64,000 nt of DNA from Trichoplax adhaerens (taxonomy: Eukaryota; Animalia; Placozoa). The translations under genes and the position numbers were made by a program. Numbering within the stretch: position 1 is the first letter of the stretch; every line of letters starts with the position of its first letter. Location: assembly GCF_000150275.1 (NCBI RefSeq), contig NW_002060944.1, forward strand, positions 3,262,152 to 3,326,151, given 5' to 3'. The notes under the pieces are model-generated. The model was not told where the DNA came from. It was given only the letters and a program-made list of their open reading frames with translations, and did no database searches. Below, piece by piece: positions 52,737 to 64,000 of the stretch.

Positions 52737-54807
52737 ATGCATCGATCATTGGAGCAGAACTCACCGGGTAATCATGGTCCAGATGGCCATTTATCGTTTA
52801 ACTTACAGCAAACTGACCCACAGAATACTTTTGCAATAGCATCGAAGATAAGTCTGGTAAGAATAAATTGATTTTAAAAATAATGACAAAGTTATTGGAC
52901 TAGCCTGTCTTGATACCATTAACTTGTCTATCACAGGCATTAGCAATTCTGCGTACGAAACCTGCGGGCATTTCTGCGTCTGATTTTACGCTGCAAATCT
53001 GTCGCTATTACAAAACTAAAGAAAACTGGAAAAACCAGGTCGGAAAATTTGCTTCATTGATATCTAAAGATTGATATATTGTACGGTACACCAGGGTCGT
53101 GCTTTAGATTTTGTCGAGATAATCGATAGAATTTGTCCTCTATTTTGATACAAAAAGGACTATTGTATCAGCGATATGACTCTAATGTAGTACGTGTACT
53201 GTACATCTGCCTAGATCGAAAGTTTGCAAATACAAGCTATGTCTTATCAGCAAGAAATATTGCAAACATGGAATCAGGAACACAGTCAGGAAACAGAAAC
53301 AGATACTAGTGAGGAAGTATGTATATATCAACGTTATCCATCAAACACTGCTGACCACAGCGATGTAACATATGATGAATCCAAGATACAAAACTATATC
53401 TCCTTTTTACAAACTAGTACGGTAACATCATTGATATAAGTAGTAAAATAAATCTAAATTCAATATAATACAATCGTCGTATAGAAATAAATGCTAAAAC
53501 TTGTTAACACATGTTATTCAAAAAACCTAGTCATTACGGCAAGTTCGATTGTTTGCACCCCTGGAATTGATTCCTATATAGTGTCCAAATACTCAGCTAT
53601 TCTCTGTAACATAGGAAATGCCGTACAAGGTATCTATCTCTATAAAACAATCATATGCAGCTTCAGGGCCATCATCTTATGTGCCCGTGTTTGCATTAAT
53701 AATTACCCCCCCCCCCAAAAAAAAAATCAAGAAGTAGTTTCATGATTAATCGTGTTATTGCACTATACCCCTATTATGCTTGCACGCAGCTAGGTACCAT
53801 ACCAATACGATAATGCTTTACTGTTAAGCATTAAGCTAACGACCGATATCTGAAAAATTCTTTGGGCTTTTAGGTATAACTGATGTGATCAAAGAAAGCG
53901 AGTTTGTTTTGCCTGTAAATCTTGTCAAAAGAGCTATAGATAATATAATCAAAGGTTTTACTTTAATTTTATGAAATCTTTATAATAAATTTATATTCTG
54001 AGTAATTATTTCTATAAAAAAAACTCACGAAATGCTTTATTTTGGATCGCTTCTTTGATCAGTGTTAAACGAAAGTAATGATGCGATTGTGGACAAGAAC
54101 GATGTCTTGGCGAAGTTAACTTCACTCGCTAACACCTTTTTCCAACGTTTAAAGGATACAAGTAAAATGGGAATTAAATGCAATAATACAGAATCATACA
54201 TCGAAATTTTAGTGACTATGAACGAAATACCTGACGTTAGGATTGCTGTATTATCTCAGCTCTTAGAATATACCTTAGAATTTTCTCGTTATTTGCAAGA
54301 ATCAGGTGAGACAAACTTTAAAATAGTGCTTGTTTCGAATAGCTTGATAACTAGATACTTTTGATATTGCTTCGCGTATTCGATAATAAATTTGTCATAT
54401 ACTTTTGTACACTGATATTGAAGTTGGATTATACTTGCAATAAACGTTGTAGCATGTGCTTTTTGATTTATTTTTAGCAACAAACTTACATATAGTGGAT
54501 ATACATTATTGTGACAAGGCCTCCTATGTTCTTAAGACGTTTGGCTTAATCTTGACAAAGTACGGGAATGGCCTATCACAAACATGTATGCGTGCTATTT
54601 TAACACCGATAGAACAAAGTTATAGTATTTTCTCCATATATTTTTGAAACCCTATCTTCCCTTTACTAACACTATAAATTTTCAGTAAAGCAACAACTAT
54701 TCCAAGGTCTTGATGAATGCGGGATACTTATTGGCCGAGAATTTCCATTAGTATCTGGATATATTTGGACTTTCTTAGGGTTATTAGATGCTTCTTTGAT
54801 GTCGTAA
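52737..54807 (+). CDS. MEI4: MEI4-like meiotic double-strand-break accessory protein, multi-exon
   Basis: N-terminal ASKISL|ALAILRTKPAGISASDFTLQI..ENWKNQ|IESLQ matches my recollection of the MEI4 signature (KLALALAIIRSKP..W..K...LE); NYISFLQ; C-terminal LDECGILIGREFPLVSGYIWTFLGLL matches the MEI4 FPL...Y-W motif. Stop at 54805-54807; start codon tentative. Confidence 0.8.
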
Positions 54808-55131
54808 CAGTTAATTCGAAATAACGTGAGATAAATGTGTTACAGATTTCACTTTGTTGTATCATGTTATTTAACTAAGAGTTGAAAATTCTTTGTGAGC
54901 ACAGCATCAGGAATTTTGACACTAGAGAATCTGCTTACTGTCTTATACCAGTAAAAATATTTAATGTGCCGAACGCAGCGAATGCAATACAAGTTTAATG
55001 TGGATAAAATACACTATAATTTTGTTATTAAAATTATTAAAATAATTTTCCAATGAATTAAAGCAAACGCAATGACAAAAATCTGTACAACATAGAAATA
55101 GGCGATGACTTTCAGTAATATTTTAAAAATA

Positions 55132-58100
55132 TTAAAGAAAGCTTAACCCAACACCGAATTGAAAACCTGGACTAATTCTAAAATTATAAAAAATTATAGT
55201 TAGAATTTTGAATATTAAAAATAACCGATAAGACGTCCTTAAAAAGCTCATTCATGCTATTTTTCACTTACCTATCAGTGGCGTGAGCTCTGCAAGGTAC
55301 GCAATAGTTTAGTTCTAACTGTGCAACACCTAATTTAACCAGCAATCCAATACCGTAACTCCAGCGATACCCCCGAATTAATTCTTCTGTAGAGTCGCGG
55401 ATAGCAGCTATAGATTACGATAGAAGGTTATCATTAAGCGTTCAGTATTATTTTAACGGAGATAGGAAGTAGTCAGTAGATAGTAATATACTGCAATAAA
55501 CTTACATGAGCGTATATGACCAAGATTTCCTGCATTCACAAATAAGTGTGTTCTGAGTCGTTCACCAAATCCACCTTGAAGCGGTTTGAATGGCAATGGA
55601 GATATTAGATGTAATCCTGATGCCCATAGTGCATTGCCACCGATGGAATCGCCTTAAAAAATCGTACGCCAGACTTACTTATAGTCGAGACTAGAAATAT
55701 GAAAAAGATTTTTAAATTTCCCTAGCGAAGCCCTACCTTCACTATGTGGTCCAATGCCTCTCATCTGAAATCCGCGAATTGATAAAGGACCACCTAGGAA
55801 AAACCTGCAATATGTTAAAAGCAATCAGACTAACGTTAGTAACTGTATTATTATGTTGCCTTTATAAAATAGTGTACCTATCACTTATTTTAGATTGGCC
55901 ATCCGAAGCTAACAGTCCAAGATTTAGGGAAGAAGAAAAGACCTATAAAATGCTGTTGATTAGCTATCTGCGATGTTTATGCATTTTTACATCTTAATAA
56001 TGGCTCTTTATAGATGTATTCTTTATACCATTAACTTACTATGTTGTAAGGCAAAGTTTTGTTATATTGACATTCCAAGAAAAATCTATGAAATTTAGTA
56101 TCCCCTAGACTTCCCAGGCCTGCGTGTTCCTAATTGATGTATTAACATAATAAATAATACAGTAATTACGGTAAGGTTATTTGTACACGTAACCTTAGTA
56201 AGTTCATGCTAGACCGTAACATTTCAAGTGACTATACACCAATACCTGTTCAAATCTTATGAAATGACCAGTGGTCGGGGAGACGCTATGATCTCTAGTA
56301 TCTCGCATGAAAGCATGCTGATTTTATATAATAGATGGCATTAGCAGACTAATTCAGCAGCCGGCGTAAAAGCTTGTGGAGTAATTATAATAATTGTCAT
56401 TGCATATCCACTTAACAAACCTTTATAGAACATTTTAAAGAATGACCAGACTCCTCCCGTACAGCCCAGGATGATCGATCTGATAAGCACTGAATCTCTC
56501 TCCATACACTATCGAAATGTAAGCTATGAGCACCAAATTCTGTAATAATCTGTGCAAAAAATATTTTTTTGAAATATTTTAGATGATTTCACTTCATATC
56601 TTCCTCAAACGTGCCACAACTAGAGTCAATATCAAATCCACTATGCAATTGCATCTAATATTGAACAACTAAATTATGCTTTTGCCCGTACTGGATATTG
56701 GAAACCAATGCCTCGGGATATTTCTTTGAATGAACTTTGCACAAAGTCTATCGTTCCTTGATACAACGTTGAAGTCAGGCTGGAATATAAGGTACATTGT
56801 ATATGATCACCTTCTATAGCTATTAATGCTAAATGTTGCGTTATGTACGTATAATTTTTCAAATTTTGTTATAACTAATATGAATAGCCCACCTTTTCTC
56901 TTTATCGCCAAATAAGGGTTTAATGAAAGATAGCTGTATTTAATAAGCATAATCAAGAGAATTAAAGAACTTTCTACATGACATCAATAAAGCAACCAAA
57001 GTTATGTACCTGCAATGTTGTGGATTTCTTTGCACCGTATGCAATACTGCCCATTAATTCTTCAGCACGTCCAAAGAGGTTTCTAAGCTTGCCACCAATA
57101 ACCTAATCATTTTAATCCGTTAATAGGAATGAGGCACTAGCAATAAAGCATTTGTAGGCTGTAACAACGTCATAAAGACCATTCATTTAAAGCTATCTTT
57201 TACCAAGCGGCTATCCTGATTTCCAACTTCAGTCTTGAACTGAGCGGAAAAACGGCTCAATTCCCTTACTCGAAAAGTAACATCTAATTCTATCGGATCA
57301 GCTTTCTTATCTGTAATAAGTATAAATACATTAATTGAAACAGTACAACATTATCGTATCTAAAGATACCGCTTATTATTTATACGTGTATAGCTATAAG
57401 AATTTGAAATTTTTACATTGCAATAGTAAGTATCCTTCAATGAAATATACGAGTATAAGATTATATTCTATCAATCCTACTGCTTCTTTTTATCAATACG
57501 CTTACAATCACCGCCTACCTGAAGCAGCATCAATAAAGACATTGACCGGATGAAAAATATCTAGGTCTTCCAGATAATTTTTAGATAGATACATCTCCTT
57601 TACAAGCTATAAAATTTTACGAGAATCAGTGCCAAGATAATAAATTTAGGCAAAAGAAGTAGCTCTTATTCACCTCTTCAAACGTGGCAGCTTCAAATAC
57701 GTTGTGGATTTTAGGTTGTACTAAATCAGTTCTAGTTACACGTAGTCCATCTATGTTGATATTGTGAACTTTGATCTAAAACACAAGCACAGCGGAGAGC
57801 GCTTATTGTAGTTTGAGGCAGTAGTAATATTTAGAAAGTTAAAGTGCGATAACAGTACAGTATGGAACTATAAATTAATGGTTAGCAGCACGGTACAGTA
57901 TACAATTGGTGATTATTTATAACGAACAATAATAAACTGCGCTCTAAGATTGTCTACAAAATCAGAACAACAAGTAAGTTATATGCAATTATGCATGGAC
58001 AAGCAATATAGTTCTTATCATATACGTATGTACCTTCTTATTTTTTAATTGCTGTTCAGCAGATTTGATTATAATAACCCCAAAATAGAGTAAAGCAGAT

Positions 58101-59114
58101 GATATAGAGGATAAAAAGTACATAATGCAATCAGTTAATTTTGTCTGTCATAATAAAACGATTTGTAGTTATTTTTCCGCAATATACGGTATATGCATGG
58201 ACTCGATATTACTTGAAATTCAACTTATTATTTATGGTAACATTAAGCTTACCAAACGTGTAGCACCTCTCTTCTCATTCTCTGCTCCCTGCATCGATGA
58301 CCCTTTACCGGTTGTTTCCTAATTAAATTATAGTTATAGTAGGAGATATTTTATCATATCTTTTATCAATTGCGAATCGCATTATTTTTAATGAATATAG
58401 CAAATGAAAGTCACAAATCCCTTGCAAGAAGATTTAGGTTGCTACTTGCATTTATAGGTTTAGAAGCTTTGCAATGTCATTTGAGGAGTAAAACTACGAC
58501 GAGATGCAAGTATGCATGTCTCTTTACACTAGCAGTAATATACTTGCATTATGTACAAGCTGTTATATCATTATTAGTACCTGGAGAGTATCAACTATAG
58601 TATCAACATGAGTATTTTTCAACCTTGTTGAAAGTGGAACTAAGTAGAAATACTGTAAGTTTTTGTAGACTGGACTTGGATAACTTACGAGTACTTGATT
58701 GGGCATTTTACCCAAGAAGAAATCGAATGCATTCTTATACTTTATATGTAGATTCAATTTTAGCTTCAAATTTACCATAGTGACCATACTGTACGCAAAC
58801 TACCAATTCGAGTAAGCGGATAATTTCCTAGCTCAAGGATCAAATCATATGCGAAAAATTGAATCTACAGTACTGTAAAAATCACAAGGTATATCTTTGG
58901 CCTATATAATGTAGATAGACAGCCTATCCAATACTGTATAGTATATAATAAAGTTGATCGATTGGAATTATTGATAATCGTATCTCAATCCATGATGTTA
59001 ACCACGTCGACTCTAGAATAGTCCTGGCAATACCTGCTACATACTCGTCCATATGAGGATCGCTTTTATATATTTGCATCGTTAATTGTTACATCATCTT
59101 ACCTCTTCAGCCAT
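55132..59114 (-). CDS. SAMM50: Mitochondrial sorting and assembly machinery 50 (Omp85/BamA family), multi-exon
   Basis: [22 protein letters not shown]; LRNLFGRAE; [12 protein letters not shown]; [12 protein letters not shown]; [18 protein letters not shown]; [10 protein letters not shown]; LELNYCVP; C-terminal beta-signal [10 protein letters not shown]. Start MAEE at 59114 is tentative. Confidence 0.95.
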
Positions 59115-59543
59115 GATTTTCCAAATAGAATCAGACTCAAAATTGATACAGTTATCAGGTTCCTTTTGCTCCTGTACAACGCTGGTACATGGATTGTGTA
59201 ATTAGAATCGAGCTATCAATCAGTGCTACCCCAAAGAACTGATCGCAGATCTTCAAAACGAAGGTAAAAGTGAGCGCAAGCAGCACACTAAATCTGCTGA
59301 GAGTGAGAACTGTGCTGTACTAGCGACTGAAGAAAGGGAGTGTGCTGTATAGCTCAGTGTACTATACACTATACAGTACTGTATACCGTATAGTCAGGGA
59401 CTTCAAATTCGCTATGATTTGCAGATTCATTTTACCTACGGTAACACGCAGAAGACTCATGCTACCTGACATACCGTCCGTCCGTAGTCTTCCAGTTCAT
59501 GAACGGTTGAGTCACCTACGGTATTCGTGAACACTACTACACT

Positions 59544-59849
59544 ATGAGCCAGAAGCCTGAGACAGGGTCAACTATCCATGATTGGACTGGGCCAAGCCAA
59601 GTGAACGTTCACATTCATATTGGAGGATACACACTTTGCATGGATGTTAACGATCCTGATGTAAATAGTAAAGTTCCAATCTTCTTCTTCTAATTGTGCT
59701 TACAGTATATAGTGCTTCAAATATTATCCAAGAAGTTCGACTGCATCTTTAAAGGTTGCCCTGATGCTAGTGAAATTGCAGATGTTCTGAAACCTTGGAC
59801 TTTGTGCATTGAACGACTATTAGAGGACGATCAGCGTGCATGCTCGTAG
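59544..59849 (+). CDS. Putative two-exon upstream ORF (66-86 aa) in the spliced leader of the cyclin H transcript
   Basis: ATG 59544; donor at 59601 or 59661 (both phase 0); branch/pyrimidine tract and acceptor at 59705; exon YIVLQILSKKFDCIFKGCPDASEIADVLKPWTLCIERLLEDDQRACS* (TAG 59847-59849); GTAAGT donor at 59851. Confidence 0.4.
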
Positions 59850-60091
59850 AGTAAGTACCGTTGTTATGTTGTTGTATGTTGCATGCTGATGTCGGTTAAT
59901 TTAAGGAGCATTGAATGATTGGTACACAGACTATCTACAGTATCCTATCGCGACTATTGAAAATAGTTAATCTGTGTTTGCTACGTTGTATTTTAATCAG
60001 GACTTGCTACTACCTGTATGAAGCTATCATAACAATTTGTTGTTTTCTTTCAGTTCGTAACTGGTTTTGAGCGCGTCCTGAACAAGTGAAC

Positions 60092-62489
60092 ATGTATCAC
60101 ACTAGTACACAACGAAAATATTGGACATTTCCCAACGAAGAGGAAATTGCCCAACATAAAGGCGCTCTACATAACCAATTCTTTCAAAAATTAAAGGTAT
60201 TTGAAAGACCTAATAAGCAATAATACAACTGCCAGAAACTGATTCCAAATGTTACGCTTTAATTCTAAAGTCGTGAGCTAGACGTCGTTTAATTGTTGAT
60301 ATTTTGGGGTTTCCCTAAATGCTACAAATTCGTAACTTAATTGTCAACGATTTAAAATTGCATAACTTGCAGGATGATGATTCTAGACATATACGTACCA
60401 AAGGTAAGAAATTTTTACTGTGCGATATTTATTCTAGTCGTTTTATGAGTACTATTTAGCATACTTATACATCACCGTTGGATCAATTTTCTGAACTGGA
60501 GTCATTCATTAATTTACAGATTTGCCCAGTGTAGAAGAACTAGATCATCTTTGCACCTTTTATGAATTCGAATTAATGGATCTCTGCAGGCGTTTTGACC
60601 CACCAATGCCTGTAACTACTCTGGCAAGTTTTATTCTAAAATAATTACTTAGCTGTCAGTTACTGTACGCTATAATTACTAAAACTTTCCAGTATAGCAA
60701 TTTATGATAGTGTAATGATGAGGAATAATGGCATTATTGTTATTATTAAATAACTAACTTGCACTTTCTAATTAGGCTACAGCTGCAGTGTATATGAAGA
60801 GATTTTATCTTGTCTGTTCCGTGATGGACTATCACCCATGTGATATCATGTCAGTAAAAATTATGGATTACCCATTCCTTGATTTAATAAATTGTATCTC
60901 AATGCTACATAAATAAGGAAGGATGACGAACGATATAGGAAAATTAATCAGATACATCGATGTACCTAACACAGGTTGGCATGCGTCTACCTTGCTACGA
61001 AGGTCGACGAGTATAATATTTCTATAGATAAGTTTTTGACAATGGTTCCTGAAAACGATAAGGAACGAGCCAAAAGTCGTACGCTTGGATTCGAGGTACG
61101 TGGGCTGCTTCTATCATCGAAATGTTACTGATAAATTGATGATATTCAAATCCTTTCTAGCTATTAGTAATGGAAAAATTGAAATTTCATCTGACAATAC
61201 ATTGTCCGTATAGACCAGTGGAAGGTTTATTAATCAACATTATGGTATATACTATGAATACATGGATTAGTTACGCTAGGAGAAGCAGTTGACTTGAGCA
61301 CATATTTAAAATTTTCGTCTTTCTTTATATTAGACGGTGATTCCAGAAATTGCCGATAAAATAGACGAGCTTAGAAGGCATATCGATAAATTTTTATCGA
61401 AGATACTGTATTGTCAAGCAATGTTGATCTATCCCCCATCTCAGGTAATATAAATTGTTTGTACGGAATTAAAGCGCTTTATTGACTAAATATTTGTCTA
61501 ATGCGTAAGGTCGGTGAAATTGCTTTATTCCCTTCACAGATTGCACTTGCGGCAATAATTGAAGCTGGTGAAAAAGCAGGACTGGACTTATTCGAGTCTG
61601 TTATATCTGCAGTATTAAATAACAATTCCTAAATATCTGATTCTCTCTTAATTTTAAATAACGTGTTCTATGTTCTAATAGGCGATATCTTAAACAGCAT
61701 GTCGTGGGCAAATCAGATGACAATAAATATATCCAGCTGGTAGCGAAATTAAAAGGTTGCTTTAATAGATTAGCAAATTTTACATCACCATAATACGCAT
61801 TGTCTAGATTTCTAGAAAATTGTAGTGCTGCAAGTAAGTACTCATTTAATATAAAATGTTGCAGATATTCGTAAAATGACTAATCGGAGTCCTACAAAAA
61901 TAGATGTACATACGGTATGGAAATAATCGCAATGTTGCTTTTGAATAAATTTTAGAACTCTAATCTTGTTATTTATGTTTTAATATAGCATCAATATGTA
62001 ATATTAAAAACTGCTCCATTTATTGTTTTCTACTCAACAGAAAGAGAAAATTGAAGAGAAAGTCAGAATTTATCGTAATGAAAATCATAATCCTGATAGC
62101 CACGCGTGCGTTACAAAAATTAAAGCGAGATTGATATATTGTAGATCGTAGTCGTTCAATAACAGATATATAAAACATACAGAACTGATTATAGTACGTT
62201 AATTATGTTGCATCTATCAAAGTGTCTTATTTGATATGTTTTCAGTTACAAACGTTTACGTGAAGAGGAGGAGAAAATGCTTGAGCAGAGACAAGCGGAG
62301 AAGCGTACTCGTTTAGCTAAGGTGCCCTACCAAAATCGATCTGTACGACCCTAAACATGTCATACTTTTGTTTACTATGTGAACAGTATTTATAATATTC
62401 TTATGGATAATTTCGAATAGTTATTGCTAATTTCGAAATACTTGTTATAATAGGACAAGAAACAACGAGAAAGCAAATTATTGCGATAA
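60092..62489 (+). CDS. CCNH: Cyclin H (CAK/TFIIH subunit), multi-exon
   Basis: MYHTSTQRKYWTF; RFDPPMPVTTL|ATAAVYMKRFYLVCSVMDYHP; LACVYLATKVDEYNIS; FELLVMEKLKFHLTIHCPYRPVEG; MLIYPPSQIALAAI. Stop TAA at 62487-62489. Confidence 0.96.
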
Positions 62490-64000
62490 TTATTTGTAGC
62501 ATTTGATAACATGGCGATGATGCTTGGTTCTGGAATCAATGCATACTCGTATACCGTATGTGTATGATTATAATATTAATTACTTTATAAAGGGTCCGTA
62601 TTTTCGGTTCATCCTTTATTCTTAAATATTTACTGCAATTTGTAAGTTTATTGTAGTCGAATTTTATTCAGAATGATCTGAAGTATGTACGTGTGTTTAA
62701 CTTTAGCAAATTCGATTGATTGGTAAAATTTGATTCTGTATAAAGCATTTCGCCTATACTTAATCAGTGTATAGCATACGAGTCACCGTGTTGCATTTGT
62801 TGGATTTTAATTGCAGTAAATATATTTATTCTTTGCATTGATGTCTTTCTACGCTTATATGGCATACCTATAGCTATGAAGAAACTATTATTGTAGTGGC
62901 ATACGGGTCTATAACTGATATAACCAATGTATTAACTTGTGGGTACTTCTAACCTACGTCATACCATATGGCATTGACTGCATTTGGAAGTGCTGTGAAG
63001 ACTAAATCGGTTACAGTAGATTGACACGGTGAAATATTAACTGCACACGCGTATCATTTCTGGATGGCAAATATGCTGTATATAGTTAACACATGCTAGA
63101 AATTTTTCCTGTTGTTGTTTTCTAAGCATGGATTATTACTATTGTTCCATACTTGCATGATGATGATCAATGATGTAAGTGTTCGAGTATCTACTCTACC
63201 TGAACGTGTCTATTCAATATTAGTCAATAATCATGCATGTCAATGTTGTACACCTCGATTCATGCTCCAAGATGGGTACTGTACTATGTTAAAAGTGTGC
63301 AATAATGTAGTGTATCAATAACGCGGCCTATTTGCAATGCAAACAAAGCATTAACGGTGCTGCTGATGTTCTTACTGTATTGTCGTCCACTGTTATTGAC
63401 AAAAGGCGAAATCTGTACTAAGACCAAGATGAATGTCATGGGAGTGGGGATAGAAATGATTGATGATTATTGTGAAGTGGGTTATTCCACGTTAGATAGG
63501 TTATGTTAAGGAGGAAAAAAAAAAGCAGCAAGAAATATGTGTAGCGATATTGCAGCAGCAACTATCCGGCAACACAGCTGGCAGACGATCTGCTGTTCAC
63601 ACCTCATCGCGGCACACTGTAGCTTTTTGGAGAACAGTTGTGTATAGTACTGTATGACACCGGGCTAATGTTGCCGTTGGTAAGTCATTGAGTCATATGT
63701 CCGTGGGCAAAATGACCGTTGACCATTGTACTGTACAAGTGTACATTGTACTTGTTCAAACAGCGTTCAGAAGACAGGTACGGACTGGTATGGGACCGTA
63801 CCGTGTATGGTGATCCGAACCGTACCAGTACAATACTGTTTCTTTGGATTATGTCATTCATGACGTACAGTACATTGTACACTGGCGATGTACAGTGCCA
63901 AGACTGTAAAGTACTGTCAGATGCAAGACGTCACAGCCATCATCACACGACTCAGTACAAACGCTTATAATACAGTGCTGTCCCGTTTTACTCTTCATAT

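Noticed and set aside
53706-53726. Poly-C followed by poly-A tract in a MEI4 intron
   Set aside because: Simple homopolymers; no retroelement body or target-site duplication.
63112-63970. Short ORFs at the window end
   Set aside because: Low-complexity GTAC-rich sequence with no motif; more likely promoter or UTR of a gene beyond the window.
1-64000. U12-type introns, tRNA/rRNA genes, transposase or reverse transcriptase ORFs
   Set aside because: No RTATCCTT donor at any exon boundary I traced, and no tRNA, rRNA or transposon-protein signature recognised by eye; this is not an exhaustive search.

Overview
This is an AT-rich, gene-dense eukaryotic window with short GT-AG introns. The gene set is animal-type and resembles a compact basal-metazoan genome such as the placozoan Trichoplax (inference, not verified). 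Genes spliced by eye, in order: Vav-family Rho/Rac GEF (+); a patatin-fold protein with all three catalytic motifs altered (-); SMYD lysine methyltransferase (-); an orphan ORF with a 21-bp heptad repeat (+); an unidentified spliced gene (-); DNAAF5/HEATR2 (-) head-to-head with GTF3C5 (+); COP1/RFWD2 (-), flanked on both sides by two paralogous intronless coiled-coil + TM ORFs; a MEI4-like meiotic gene (+) downstream of a ~125-bp x7 tandem array; SAMM50 (-) head-to-head with cyclin H (+). The best leads are the patatin pseudoenzyme, the twin orphan membrane proteins, a spliced ORF that appears to share the cyclin H transcript, MEI4, the octamer-containing tandem array and an intronic hairpin. 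All gene boundaries are manual and may be off at terminal exons. No rRNA, tRNA, CRISPR array or autonomous transposon was seen.
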